In this document: piece by piece, positions 1-10,716 of the stretch | How positions within the stretch are numbered: position 1 is the stretch's first letter | Layout: each line of letters starts with the position of its first letter | NCBI GenBank assembly: GCA_963775465.1 | Contig: CAVZIW010000001.1 | Location: 224,001 to 288,000, forward strand | Source: Candidatus Bathyarchaeota archaeon | GTDB lineage: Archaea; Thermoproteota; Bathyarchaeia; Bathyarchaeales; Bathycorpusculaceae | Reading direction: 5' to 3' | DNA: 64,000 nt | Program-made: the position numbers and the translations under genes | Notes under the pieces: generated by a model | What the model saw: only the letters and a program-made list of their open reading frames with translations | Database searches by the model: none | Told to the model about the DNA's origin: nothing

Positions 1-139
1 TTTTGAAAGCCTTTGCAACTTCTAGAGGCTCTACCGATTGTGTCAGGATGCTTCGAATTGGTTGGTACTCTTGTCTTTTTCCTCTAATCGCATGAACAAC
101 TTTGCTGTTTAAAACGTCGACTACTGGAATAACTTTCAT
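1..139 (-). CDS. HisA/HisF-related TIM-barrel protein, N-terminal part (runs off window)
   Basis: Manual translation from ATG at 139: MKVIPVVDVLNSKVVHAIRGKRQEYQPIRSILTQSVEPLEVAKAFK. This matches the IPVxD...VVHA..G.R..Y.P N-terminus of the HisA/HisF-related family linked to archaeal C1-cofactor genes. Confidence 0.75.
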   Translation of the reverse strand, partial: MKVIPVVDVLNSKVVHAIRGKRQEYQPIRSILTQSVEPLEVAKAFK

Positions 140-268
140 TTCGAAGCCTCCACATGTTTGACCATCGCAATATAATAAAACCTAACGCTTTCTAAACAAT
201 GAAATTTTATCCAAACATAGTAAACAGAAAAGAAAGAGAATAGGCTTGTTTCGAAGCGTAATTTCATT

Positions 269-2533
269 TTATGGTGCGGATATTACTCTTGTATTGTATT
301 GCTGGAGGTAAGCTTGATGAGCTGCATCAGTTGGATAACTTTCGGTGGATGGATATGGGAAACCATTCATCGCCATAAATGGAAGTGGATCAACAGTGAA
401 GTCAAATCCATACCCCCACTCTCCCGGCGGATCTTTAAACCAACATGCAACAGTAAAGAAGTAGTCACGTACCATGTCATCTGCCACAGGAGCCAAGCTA
501 TCCGTTGAGAATTGCAGATTTACTTGATCTCCTTGTCGACCAATCACAAACATGTCATCAGCAGATTGCACCAATGGAGTTACATCACCGTATCTTGTGA
601 AGGCGCCCGTAGCGCTAGATTGTGTATCCCACATTTGATCCATAAATGCGGATGTCGGTGTAAGATTTGTGATGGTAACGTTTTGCTGCGCTGTCGTATC
701 TATTCCAATATAATCGTAGGTTACATTCCAAAAGTTGGTAAACCGCACTTGATAATCACTCACATCCACAGGGAACAAACCAGTCAGATCAACAGTAAAA
801 GTCCGAGAGTTGTAATCTGAAGGCAAAGGTATCTGTCTATCTTGAGGCGCCCGTATCCAGCTGCCGTCTGCATCTTTAATCTCCATCGTGGGTGCAGGCA
901 TAATTTCTGTACCGTTAGTCACAAGTCCTTGTGCTGCAGCTTCTTTAAACTGGTTTATCCAAGCGTAGTACGGATCTGCCAAACCCCAATCAACCATACC
1001 CGTTATGACGAGCTTAATTTCTTGTGCACTCGACAAATCTCCCAGGTCTAAAGTCAACTGGTTTTGAATTATATTGTTCCATATACTGTCATCTCCGTTG
1101 ATCCCGGGAGTGTAGACTCCGTCTTTTTGAAGAATTTGATCTAAAACATTCTGTCCTTGCTCATTAGTTGCACTAACAGGTGAAGAAAGACTATCACCGT
1201 CAACAGTGTAGATTTGTCCAGTTGATCCCTTGTTCAGGTAATTAGTCATGGAAGTATAAACATCAGTGCCAACAGGATGGTCAACCACCATCAAGGAAGC
1301 TGAATCTAAATAGTAAAGTTCGTTCCATTGCTGAGCAAGCGTCAAATCAAAAAAGCCATTATTAGCTGCAATAAGGCTGCTGTCAAGTTTTACGTAATCC
1401 CAAGGATTCCCACCGCTAAAGACGATGTCACCGCTGCTAGTCATGTAGCCGATATAGCCTAACCAGCCAGGGTTAGAAACGTCAGTTACATATGAGTAGC
1501 CAGTTCCATTCCAGACATACAGGGAAGGGCAAGATGCGTATCCGCTAATTAAAGTATAAGTAACAATTAGGTAAAGGCGGTTATCCAACGTAAAGGTTCG
1601 GTCAGCGCTTCTTGAGCCGTCACTCCAATATGAAAACTCCAATACACCTGTTCCAACACTAAACGGATTAGGCACAGAAATTCGATGTTGCCCCACAGGC
1701 AAAAGTACAGTGTAAGGTGTATTATGTTCTTCACCATCTAAAGTAAAAGGTAAAGGTTTAGAGCCACCTCCCGAACGATTAATAACTAAGGTATGATAAC
1801 CAGTTTCAACAATTACAAAAGAGCCACTTAGGGTATTTAGTTTAACAGTATGTTTGCCTTCACTCAATGCATTAACAGTGAAATTAACTACCTGATTAGC
1901 TCCAGCTTCAAGTTCTATAAGTTGAGACTGCACCAGGACGTCATCAACCGTTACACGAACTGTTATTCTGTCCAGCTCGTTCGTTGGGTTTTGTGCAGTG
2001 GCAGTCACCGTGATATTATCGCCGATCCATCCTTCATAGGGATCTGTTTTCAGGTTTGATAGAATTATTTTGCTTGATTCAGGCGGTGCAGGTTTAATAA
2101 GAAAAACACCTGATAAGTCGCCGATTGTAACGTTAAAGGTTCCATCTTCAAGTTCGATATCGGTGAATTGGATAGTTTCATTTGTGTGTCCAGACAACGT
2201 CATGTTCATAGAGTCTTTAATTACATCATTTATCTGAAGGTTAACCGTCTGGTTACCTTCCAAATCGCCGATATTTGTTACATTAACAGAAATCTGAACA
2301 GCTTCGCCCACAAATGCTTCGTCTGGACTAATGATTAAATCTGAAAAAGTAAAGGTTGCCGCTTTAGAGGCTGAGCCTATGAGGCCTTCTCCTTGAAAGT
2401 AAAAGTAAACACCTGCAGCTGCGCCTACAATGATCAAATCAATGACTAAGATTGCCTTTAATTTTACTACGGCTGAACGTGATAGCACTATTTCTACACC
2501 CTTAACTATCAGTATCAAAATACAGGTAACCAT
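269..2533 (-). CDS. Membrane-anchored surface protein with two CARDB/Ig-like domains and a large C-terminal domain starting SCPSLYVWNG
   Basis: N-terminal TM helix, two VNVTNIG/ATAQNPT-type CARDB repeats, Thr/Asp-rich extracellular composition. The true start may be the GTG near 2488. Confidence 0.7.
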   Translation of the reverse strand: MVTCILILIVKGVEIVLSRSAVVKLKAILVIDLIIVGAAAGVYFYFQGEGLIGSASKAATFTFSDLIISPDEAFVGEAVQISVNVTNIGDLEGNQTVNLQINDVIKDSMNMTLSGHTNETIQFTDIELEDGTFNVTIGDLSGVFLIKPAPPESSKIILSNLKTDPYEGWIGDNITVTATAQNPTNELDRITVRVTVDDVLVQSQLIELEAGANQVVNFTVNALSEGKHTVKLNTLSGSFVIVETGYHTLVINRSGGGSKPLPFTLDGEEHNTPYTVLLPVGQHRISVPNPFSVGTGVLEFSYWSDGSRSADRTFTLDNRLYLIVTYTLISGYASCPSLYVWNGTGYSYVTDVSNPGWLGYIGYMTSSGDIVFSGGNPWDYVKLDSSLIAANNGFFDLTLAQQWNELYYLDSASLMVVDHPVGTDVYTSMTNYLNKGSTGQIYTVDGDSLSSPVSATNEQGQNVLDQILQKDGVYTPGINGDDSIWNNIIQNQLTLDLGDLSSAQEIKLVITGMVDWGLADPYYAWINQFKEAAAQGLVTNGTEIMPAPTMEIKDADGSWIRAPQDRQIPLPSDYNSRTFTVDLTGLFPVDVSDYQVRFTNFWNVTYDYIGIDTTAQQNVTITNLTPTSAFMDQMWDTQSSATGAFTRYGDVTPLVQSADDMFVIGRQGDQVNLQFSTDSLAPVADDMVRDYFFTVACWFKDPPGEWGYGFDFTVDPLPFMAMNGFPYPSTESYPTDAAHQAYLQQYNTRVISAP

Positions 2534-2729
2534 AAAAGGTTTATGCGTAAAAAGATTTATAGAATAAACTTCTGATTGAGCAATACCTAAAAAAGTTTCT
2601 TAGTGATTGATGCATATAATTTCTAAATATGCTTGTGTTGCTGTATACATACAGTCACATAGTTAAATATAGATTATAGAGCCTAATCTGAAACAAGCAA
2701 GCAAACAATTTGTGTAAAGGAGAGTTTTA

Positions 2730-3521
2730 ATGAAAAGAACTAAATTTTTGGCAATGACATTCGTAATGTCACTTTTTCTAATAGCAATCGCAGGTACGAT
2801 AGGAGTAAATGGTCAAACGCAAGCAACAGTCCAAGTACTATCTTCTATTGGCGGAACAACAGATCCAGCAGCTGGCACCTACAATTACAATGACGGAACC
2901 TCAGTTACGTTCGCTGCTACAGCAGATCCAGGCTTTGTTTTCCAAGAATGGATAGTATCGACTAATGAAGGATCAAACACCGCAACTGACCAATCCATCA
3001 CAATCCCAGTTACCGGAGGCGTAGCTTACAGTTTCCAAGCAATCTTTGCTCCAATCCAAGTTCCTCCAAGCGGAATCCCCGTAACTGACTATGCCACAGC
3101 TGCAATAGTAGTTGTGCTAGCAGGAGCAGGTGGAACAACAGTACCAGTTCCAGGAACTTATGCGATTAACGATGCATCCGAACTTACGCTTACAGCTACT
3201 GCGGCAGAAGGCTGGAAATTTGACCACTGGGCTATTACTGGTTATCCAATCCAAGGCGCTCACGGATCATTTCCCTTCACACCTAACCCAACAGACAACC
3301 CATACACGGTAGACCATGGTTACGGAAACACCTATGCATACCAAGCAGTCTTTACCCCAACTGCAGAAGGTGCAGCAACACCAACACCTGGAGGAGCAAC
3401 TCCAACACCAGCAGGCGGCATGGGTGGACTCTCAAATGAATGGTGGATAATCATCGGCTTAGTCGTTGTTATTATCGTAATCCTGATTGGTTTCGGCCTC
3501 TATGCAATGAGAAAACACTAA
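2730..3521 (+). CDS. Secreted, C-terminally anchored protein with two InlB B-repeat-like beta domains
   Basis: Signal peptide, two GGTTxP..GTY...T.TATA..G..F..W repeats, PT-rich linker, C-terminal TM and basic tail; AGGAG SD upstream. Confidence 0.75.
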   Translation: MKRTKFLAMTFVMSLFLIAIAGTIGVNGQTQATVQVLSSIGGTTDPAAGTYNYNDGTSVTFAATADPGFVFQEWIVSTNEGSNTATDQSITIPVTGGVAYSFQAIFAPIQVPPSGIPVTDYATAAIVVVLAGAGGTTVPVPGTYAINDASELTLTATAAEGWKFDHWAITGYPIQGAHGSFPFTPNPTDNPYTVDHGYGNTYAYQAVFTPTAEGAATPTPGGATPTPAGGMGGLSNEWWIIIGLVVVIIVILIGFGLYAMRKH

Positions 3522-3547
3522 AACCCTTTTTTTCTTTTTTTACTTTT
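3522..3547 (+). terminator. Oligo-T archaeal terminator
   Basis: ccctttttttctttttttactttt directly after the stop codon. Confidence 0.5.
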
Positions 3548-3641
3548 GAAATTATTTAATCTTGTTTTTAATCGCTCATTTGCTCAGGTTGCCGATTATG
3601 CTTTTGTTGTCTCTAAAGGTTATTTGGGTATTTTTGAGACA

Positions 3642-3713
3642 GAAAATTTATAAGCATGTAAGCACAGGTGTGCAATAGGTGAAGCGGTGCAGGTGTGCAC
3701 ATGCTTGTGGTGA
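3642..3713 (+). promoter_or_regulatory. BRE/TATA promoter of the chaperone operon with an operator-like repeat array
   Basis: gaaaaTTTATAA at 3642-3653; direct repeat CAGGTGTGCA at 3665-3674 and 3690-3699; inverted pair AAGCATGT (3652-3659) / ACATGCTT (3699-3706); SD GGTGA at 3709-3713. Confidence 0.55.
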
Positions 3714-3717
3714 AAAC

Positions 3718-4122
3718 ATGCGCAGAAGTTTAACTGTTACTAATGAAAACGACAAAAAAATCCTTCTTGTAAAAGGGCGCTTCCTAACAGGAGATTCCCC
3801 TTTTGATATAGATTACACCACAATGGTCAACATCCTAATAGAACTGGGGCATAAACTAATGACTGAAGCTTGGAAAGAGAGCGGAAATCCCACTGTCGTC
3901 GTGGACAAATCAGAGATAATAGATTCCTTCAAGAAACACTTCTTTAACAATGAACTTAAAGAAGAAGCAGTCGGAGATTTAGTCGCCGAGATAATCTTCA
4001 AAAAATTTGTTGAACAGACAAAGTTAGTGGCAAGCAAACAAATCGAGCAGAAAAATATCCCTGCCTTGCCTGCAGAAAAACCATCACTAACCGACACAAA
4101 AAGAGAAAAATACATCTCATAG
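3718..4122 (+). CDS. Hypothetical protein, possible ribbon-helix-helix DNA-binding protein, first gene of the grpE-dnaK operon
   Basis: ATG at 3718 follows GGTGA; the N-terminus MRRSLTVTNENDKKILLVK has the alternating beta-strand plus helix pattern of RHH proteins (inference). Confidence 0.55.
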   Translation: MRRSLTVTNENDKKILLVKGRFLTGDSPFDIDYTTMVNILIELGHKLMTEAWKESGNPTVVVDKSEIIDSFKKHFFNNELKEEAVGDLVAEIIFKKFVEQTKLVASKQIEQKNIPALPAEKPSLTDTKREKYIS

Positions 4123-4145
4123 ATTAAATCAAGAGGGACAATTGT

Positions 4146-4682
4146 ATGGTTGACAAAAAAGACTCACAGTCAGAAAACTTTGAGAAACTACTCGAAGACG
4201 AAAAGAAACGCTCTGAAGATTATCTTAGCCGGTTGAAGTATTTGCAGGCGGATTTTGAAAACGTTAAGAAACGCTTCGACCGTGAAATTGAGCAAACAAA
4301 ATGCTACTGTAATGAACGCATAATTATGCAACTTATAGAGGTAGTTGATGAACTTGAGCTTGCAGTGAAAAATGGTGAAATCTCGAAGCCATCAACAGAG
4401 AATTTTTTGGAAGGAGTAGAAATGACGTTGAAAAAACTCAGAAAGGTTCTTGAGCAAGAAGGCGTGTCTGAAATACCAGACCCCCTGGGCAAAAATTTTG
4501 ACTGCTCAATTCACTGCTCAATTGCCACTGAAGAACGAGAAGATGTTGCGGAATCAACCGTAATTGATCAAATACGGAAAGGATACACATTGAGGGGCAG
4601 AGTAATTCGACCCAGTATTGTCAGAGTGTCGATCAAACCAAAAGATCAAAGTAATAAAAATAAAATAATGGAGGAAAAATAA
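4146..4682 (+). CDS. grpE: Nucleotide exchange factor GrpE
   Basis: [19 protein letters not shown] and [18 protein letters not shown] motifs; directly upstream of dnaK. Confidence 0.95.
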   Translation: MVDKKDSQSENFEKLLEDEKKRSEDYLSRLKYLQADFENVKKRFDREIEQTKCYCNERIIMQLIEVVDELELAVKNGEISKPSTENFLEGVEMTLKKLRKVLEQEGVSEIPDPLGKNFDCSIHCSIATEEREDVAESTVIDQIRKGYTLRGRVIRPSIVRVSIKPKDQSNKNKIMEEK

Positions 4683-4684
4683 GA

Positions 4685-6595
4685 ATGAGTCAAAAAACAA
4701 ATAAAAAAGTTTTAGGAATCGATTTGGGAACTACCAATTCAGCAGCTGCCATCTACGAGGGAGGACATGCAACTGTCATTCCCAGTGCAGAAGGCCCAAC
4801 AATGGCTGGAAAAATGTTCCCGTCAGTTGTTGCTTTCACTAAAGACGGTCAGCTTCTGGTAGGAGAATCAGCAAAACGTCAAGCAACCACTAACTCAGAA
4901 GGAACTTTCTTTGAAATAAAACGCAAAATGGGTAGCGACGAAAAAGTTAAGGCGTACGGTAAAGAATACAGTCCCCAACAAATCAGCGCTTTCATTCTGC
5001 AGAAAATCAAGAAAGATGCAGAAACCTACCTCGGCGGAACCATAAACAAAGCTGTCATCACCGTGCCAGCCCACTTCAACGACAACCAACGCCAAGCAAC
5101 AAAAGATGCAGGCGAAATCGCAGGCTTCGAAGTTATGCGTATCATCAACGAACCCACTGCAGCATGTTTGGCTTACGGGATAGACAAACTTGAAAATGAA
5201 ATGAAAATACTTGTGTTCAGTTTTGGCGGCGGAACTCACGACGTAACATTGATGGATTTTGGCAAAGGTGTCTTCCAAGTCTTAAGCACCAGCGGTGACA
5301 CCCAACTTGGTGGAACCGACGTTGACAAAGCAGTCATGGGTTACCTGCTTGAAGAATTCAAGCGTCAATCAGGCATCGATGTTTCAGGCGACCGCATGGC
5401 AATGTCAAGACTAAAGGAAGCGTCAGAAAAAGCCAAAATCGAACTCTCCACACTAATGAGCACAGATATCGACTTGCCATTCTTAACTTCAGACGCCTCA
5501 GGACCAAAACATATGCGATTAACATTAACTCGAACCAAACTCGAATCCCTCGCCCAACCCATCGTTGAACGCACAAGACCCACTCTACTAAAAGCCCTCG
5601 AAGACGCAAAATTGACCCCACAACAAGTAGACAAAATCATCTTAATCGGCGGCATGACTCGAATGCCTTTGGTACAACGCTTTGTTGAAAAAATCTTGGG
5701 CAAAGCTCCCGAAAGAGGCTTAGACCCAATGGAGTGTGTCGCGATAGGTGCCTCAATTCAAGCCGCGGTAATAACAGGCGAAGTTACCGACCTGCTACTC
5801 CTTGATGTTACCCCCTTGACTCTTGGAGTTGAAACAATGGGTGGCGTCATGACCAAAGTCATAGAAAAGAATACCACTATTCCCACCAAACGCAGTCAAG
5901 TCTTCACCACAGCCGCAGATTTCCAAACAGCAGTCACCATTCACATCCTACAAGGCGAACGAGCCATGGCAGCCGATAACGTTTCACTCGGCATGTTCAA
6001 CCTAGTTGATTTGCCCCCTGCGCCTAGAGGAGTCCCACAAATTGAAGTTACATTCGATATAGACGCCAACGGCATTCTTAACGTCACAGCCAAAGACCGG
6101 GGCACGGGTAAAGAAAACAAAATTCGCATAACTGCCTCAACCAAACTGTCCCAAGAAGAGAAAGATCGCTTGATAAAAGATGCTGAACAATTCTCGGAAC
6201 AAGACAAAAAGAAGAAGGAAGAAGCTGAACTTCGCAACACTGCTGACAGTTTAGTTTATACTGCTGAACGCACCAAAACCGATTTGTTAGGGAAAATTAG
6301 CCCAGAAGAGGTTTCCAAAATTGATGCAACTGTAACCGAACTTAAAAATGCGTTAGCAAGCAACGATATGACACAAGTCAAAGCTAAATCCGATGAACTA
6401 CAAAAGGTTCTACAGGAAGTTGGAACTAAAGTCTATCAGCAAGCTGCAGCTGAAGCAGCAAAACAGCAGCAAGCACAAGGACCACAGAGCGGACCACAGC
6501 CCAATGCGGGACCAGAAACAATGCCCCCCAACGACGAACAGGGTGGACAAGAGGGCGACCACGTGGTCGACTCAGAAGACTACAAAGTTAAATAG
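4685..6595 (+). CDS. dnaK: Chaperone DnaK (Hsp70) with atypical phosphate-2 motif SFGGGTHD
   Basis: [39 protein letters not shown] and [17 protein letters not shown] motifs. Confidence 0.97.
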   Translation: MSQKTNKKVLGIDLGTTNSAAAIYEGGHATVIPSAEGPTMAGKMFPSVVAFTKDGQLLVGESAKRQATTNSEGTFFEIKRKMGSDEKVKAYGKEYSPQQISAFILQKIKKDAETYLGGTINKAVITVPAHFNDNQRQATKDAGEIAGFEVMRIINEPTAACLAYGIDKLENEMKILVFSFGGGTHDVTLMDFGKGVFQVLSTSGDTQLGGTDVDKAVMGYLLEEFKRQSGIDVSGDRMAMSRLKEASEKAKIELSTLMSTDIDLPFLTSDASGPKHMRLTLTRTKLESLAQPIVERTRPTLLKALEDAKLTPQQVDKIILIGGMTRMPLVQRFVEKILGKAPERGLDPMECVAIGASIQAAVITGEVTDLLLLDVTPLTLGVETMGGVMTKVIEKNTTIPTKRSQVFTTAADFQTAVTIHILQGERAMAADNVSLGMFNLVDLPPAPRGVPQIEVTFDIDANGILNVTAKDRGTGKENKIRITASTKLSQEEKDRLIKDAEQFSEQDKKKKEEAELRNTADSLVYTAERTKTDLLGKISPEEVSKIDATVTELKNALASNDMTQVKAKSDELQKVLQEVGTKVYQQAAAEAAKQQQAQGPQSGPQPNAGPETMPPNDEQGGQEGDHVVDSEDYKVK

Positions 6596-6740
6596 ATTTT
6601 AACTTCCTTTTTTCACTTTTTTGTAAACCAATTTAAGAAGATCTAAAATTCTGAGTAACTTGCATAATTTAGACGACATACTAAAATAGGCTTAGCTGAA
6701 ATATTATAGCGTAAAATTTAGAAGGAGTACAGATTTTTAC

Positions 6741-6893
6741 ATGAAAAAGCTTAAACGTAGATTAAAAGGAAAAAAAACCTATCAGAATACACACGGAACT
6801 ATCTATCGAGTAAAATCAAAACCTAACTATAAGGCTGTGAGAAAAAGAATACTCAAAATGCAACAGTCATTAAAGACTCAGCCTGCATCATAA
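6741..6893 (+). CDS. Small basic hypothetical protein (50 aa)
   Basis: Manual translation MKKLKRRLKGKKTYQNTHGTIYRVKSKPNYKAVRKRILKMQQSLKTQPAS; GAAGGAG at 6721-6727; below the ORF-track cutoff. Confidence 0.45.
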   Translation: MKKLKRRLKGKKTYQNTHGTIYRVKSKPNYKAVRKRILKMQQSLKTQPAS

Positions 6894-7308
6894 TTAAATA
6901 CGAATTCTCGGGATAATTTTGAAAATAGGGGATAGGAACGCTTTAAGCGTGAAACACTTATTTTTTGCTTTTATTGTGTTTCGCTGGTAGGGCTACCTGT
7001 TTTCTTGCCTTTCGTTTCTGATCTTTTTCCCGTTGTAGTTTTTTATGGTGCTCAAGACCCTCAGCTTTTTTCGCTCTTTTGGACAAAATATTCAACCTTG
7101 TTAGGCTATTTGAAAAATCGATCTGAAAAACATTTCTGTTTGTATCTTAAGCTTGTGTAGATATTTAGACCGGGTTGATCTTAATTTAAATGACCACAAA
7201 GACAAGACGCAGCTTTTCTTTTAAAAACTCTCGAAATGGGGGAAATACCTATAAATTTGTGTCCAAAGCATTCTATCAAAGTTCAAATTGTCCGAGCGGT
7301 AAAGTCGC

Positions 7309-8424
7309 ATGGCTGAAAAAAGAGATTACTATGAAGTTTTAGGCGTTCAAAAAAACGCGTCCAAAGAACAAATCAAAGATGCCTATCGGAAATTAGCCAT
7401 GCAGTTCCATCCTGACCGCAACAAAGAAGTTGGCGCTGAAGAAAAATTCAAAGAAATATCTGAAGCATACGCCGTCCTATCTGATGACCAGAAACGGCAG
7501 CAGTACGATCAACTTGGGCATTCAGGTTTTGACCAACGTTACACCAGCGAAGACATCTTCCGCGGTGCAGATTTTGACTCAATTTTCCGAGACATAGGCT
7601 TTGGAGATTTATTCCGCAGCTTCTTCGGAGGAGGATTTGGTGGTGGATACGAAGAAAGCAATCGTGGACGAGATCTGGCATACGACCTTGAAGTTACTTT
7701 AGAGGAAGCTGCAAAAGGTGTTGAAAAAGAAATCGAAATTCCACGGACTGAGCACTGCAACGTATGCGGCGGGACAGGTGCAGCGCCAGGTTCAACTGCT
7801 AAAGTTTGTTCCCGATGCGGTGGAGCTGGAAAAATTCAAAACATGCGTAAAGCTGGATTTGCAATGTATGTCCAAGTATCAGCTTGTCCTGTTTGCAGAG
7901 GTAAAGGAAAACTAATAGAGTCTCCATGCAATAACTGCCGTGGTTCAGGCTTAGTTCGCAAAAGACGCAAAATCACAGTTAAAGTTCCAGCAGGCATAGA
8001 TGAAGGATACCAACTAAGACTCCGAGGTGAAGGCGAAACTCCACCTGATCTAGGCGAAACTGGAGATCTATACGTTGTTGTTCATATAAAACAGAATCCT
8101 CAATTTATCCGTGAAGGCGACGATCTATGGCATATCGAAGTGATTACATATCCTCAAGCTGCATTGGGCGCAGAAATTACGGTACCAACTTTGGAAGGAC
8201 CCACAACAATTAAAGTCCGTCCTGGAACCCAAGTTGGCCAGGTCATAACACTCAAAGGCAAGGGGATGCCAAGGTTCCGCGGGTATGGTAGAGGTGAGCT
8301 CTTGGTGCGATTAGGCATTTCAGTACCTGAAAAACTCACATCCCAACAACGTATATTGCTAGAAAAGTTTGCAAAAGAAATGGGAACTAATGTTCGGCAA
8401 AGGTCCCGAAAGTTCCACCTCTAA
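7309..8424 (+). CDS. dnaJ: Chaperone DnaJ
   Basis: J-domain with HPD, G/F-rich region, four CxxCxGxG zinc repeats. Confidence 0.97.
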   Translation: MAEKRDYYEVLGVQKNASKEQIKDAYRKLAMQFHPDRNKEVGAEEKFKEISEAYAVLSDDQKRQQYDQLGHSGFDQRYTSEDIFRGADFDSIFRDIGFGDLFRSFFGGGFGGGYEESNRGRDLAYDLEVTLEEAAKGVEKEIEIPRTEHCNVCGGTGAAPGSTAKVCSRCGGAGKIQNMRKAGFAMYVQVSACPVCRGKGKLIESPCNNCRGSGLVRKRRKITVKVPAGIDEGYQLRLRGEGETPPDLGETGDLYVVVHIKQNPQFIREGDDLWHIEVITYPQAALGAEITVPTLEGPTTIKVRPGTQVGQVITLKGKGMPRFRGYGRGELLVRLGISVPEKLTSQQRILLEKFAKEMGTNVRQRSRKFHL

Positions 8425-8660
8425 ATAGAACTCAAAGAGGCTGTATTGTTAAAATAGCAACGATAAAGTAAATATTTTAATGCTAATCGGCAAGGATAAG
8501 TTTGTTGCCAATTGGAAACTGATTAAAATTCTTTCTGTAAAAATCCATATTTTTTTCATATGTGTTTGCATTCTATTGATGAAAACTCATTCTATTTGAG
8601 AGATATTTTATTGAGAAAAAAAGGCTTTTCTTTTTCAAAAAAAGAAAGAAGAAAAGATGT

Positions 8661-10628
8661 TTACTTTGTTAGATGTTTGCGTAGTTCTGCGTAGGTTGCT
8701 TTGATGTCTTCGATTGAGCCTTCGTCTTCGATGGTGGATGTGTCGCCAAGTGGTGCTCCGGTTAGGACTGCTTTTAGGAGGCGTCGCATTATTTTGCCGC
8801 TGCGGGTTTTTGGTAGTTTGTTAACGATAATGACAGAGTCGGGAGTTGCTATTGGACCGATGGTTGTGCGGACGTGTTTTATGAGTTCTGTTCGGAGTTC
8901 ATCGGAAGCTGTAAATCCGCTACGTAAAGTAACGAATGCAACAGGGACTTCACCTTTAACTACGTCTTCTTTTCCCATGACTGCTGCTTCACTGACTGCG
9001 GGATGAGATACGAGTGCTGATTCGAGTTCGACTGTGCCGATTCTGTGTCCTGCAACTTTTAGGACTTCATCTGCTCTACCGAGTAACCAGTAGTAGCCGT
9101 CTTGGTCGCGTATGCTGTAGTCGCCTGAGACGTAGATGCCTGGCCATTTGCCAAAATATGCTGTTTTGAATCTTTCTGGGTCTTTCCAGAGTGTCATAAG
9201 CATGCCTGGCCATTGAGATTTGATGACTAGTGCACCTTTTTGGCCTGCTGGGAGTGATTGCCCTTTTTCGTCAACTATGTCGAGGTTGATGCCTGGCATA
9301 GGTAAGGTTGCGCTGCCTGGTTTGAGGGGTGTTAGTTCTATGCCTGCAGTTGGTGAGATCATGAATCCGCCGGTTTCAGTTTGCCACCAAGTATCGATAA
9401 TCGGTAAGCGTTCTTTGCCTATGACGCGGTAGTACCATTTCCATGCTTCTGGGTTGATTGGCTCGCCGACTGAGCCCAGGAGTCGTAATGTTGACAGGTC
9501 ATGTTTGTTGACTAATTCTTCTCCGAATTTCATGAACATTCGGACGGCTGTTGGTGTGCCGTATAGTATAGTGATACCGTGATTTTCAATCATTGACCAC
9601 CATCTGTCTTGTGCTGGGTAGTCGGGTGTTCCTTCGAAGAGGAAAGCAGTTATGCCGTGACTTAATGGTGCATAGACGTTATATGTGTGTCCGGTAATCC
9701 AGCCGATGTCTGCAACGCACCAATAGATGTCTTCGTCTGTTGGGTCGAATGCCCATTTGAGGGTCCAGTATGCCCAAACTAAGTATCCTCCGGTTCCGTG
9801 TTGGACACCTTTGGGTTTGCCTGTGGTTCCTGAGGTGTAAAGGATGAATAGTGGGTCTGTTGATTTCATGCTTTCGGGCTCAACATATGCGTTTGCACCG
9901 GCAGTTGTTAGTGCATCGCTGTACCAGACATCGCGACCTTCCTTCATTTGGACTGCTTGGCCTGTGCGTTTGACAACGATTACTTTTTCTATTCCTGGCA
10001 TGTTTGGAAGCGCACGGTCTGCGGTGTCTTTGATTGCTACTGGTTTGCCTCTGCGGAAGGATCCGTCTGCTGTGACTAGGATTTTTGCTCCACAGTCGTT
10101 AACTCTGTCAGCTAATGCTTCAGCGCTAAAGCCTGAAAATACAACTGCGTGGACTCCGCCTATACGAGCGGTTGCTAGCAAAGCTATTGGCAGTTCAGGA
10201 ATAACGGGCATGAATACTGCAACACGGTCTCCTTTTTGGAGACCATAGGTTTTCAACACTTTGGCAAGTTTATTGACTTCACGGTATAGTTGATAGTAGG
10301 TGTAAGTTTTGATTTCTCCCATTTCGCCTTCCCATATGTAGGCGAGTTTGTTTTTACGTGCGGTTTTAATGTGGCGGTCAAGGGCATTGTAGCTGATGTT
10401 GAGTTCTCCTTCGGGAAACCATTTGTAGAAGGGGGGGTTTGAATCATCGAGTACTTTTCCGAATGGCTTGAACCAGTCGATTGCTTTTGCTTTTTCTGTC
10501 CAGTATTCTTGCGGATTCTTTAGTGCCTTTTCCGATTCTTGACGTCTTTTTTCACCGTTACCAAATTTTGCTATACTTGGTGTGTATTTTTCATTGAACG
10601 GTAAACTAGCTTCTGACATTATTCTCAT
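8661..10628 (-). CDS. acs: AMP-forming acetyl-CoA synthetase
   Basis: YTSGTTGKPKG, VGEPINPEAW, DTWWQTETGG and LPKTRSGKIMRR motifs; start may be the ATG at 10619. Confidence 0.95.
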   Translation of the reverse strand: MRIMSEASLPFNEKYTPSIAKFGNGEKRRQESEKALKNPQEYWTEKAKAIDWFKPFGKVLDDSNPPFYKWFPEGELNISYNALDRHIKTARKNKLAYIWEGEMGEIKTYTYYQLYREVNKLAKVLKTYGLQKGDRVAVFMPVIPELPIALLATARIGGVHAVVFSGFSAEALADRVNDCGAKILVTADGSFRRGKPVAIKDTADRALPNMPGIEKVIVVKRTGQAVQMKEGRDVWYSDALTTAGANAYVEPESMKSTDPLFILYTSGTTGKPKGVQHGTGGYLVWAYWTLKWAFDPTDEDIYWCVADIGWITGHTYNVYAPLSHGITAFLFEGTPDYPAQDRWWSMIENHGITILYGTPTAVRMFMKFGEELVNKHDLSTLRLLGSVGEPINPEAWKWYYRVIGKERLPIIDTWWQTETGGFMISPTAGIELTPLKPGSATLPMPGINLDIVDEKGQSLPAGQKGALVIKSQWPGMLMTLWKDPERFKTAYFGKWPGIYVSGDYSIRDQDGYYWLLGRADEVLKVAGHRIGTVELESALVSHPAVSEAAVMGKEDVVKGEVPVAFVTLRSGFTASDELRTELIKHVRTTIGPIATPDSVIIVNKLPKTRSGKIMRRLLKAVLTGAPLGDTSTIEDEGSIEDIKATYAELRKHLTK

Positions 10629-10716
10629 TCCTAAATTGTATGGGCTTACGCATTTGCCTCTGAGAATATAAGTTTTTCAGTTAGAAATAAAAAAAATAAA
10701 AATGAATTATATGTTT

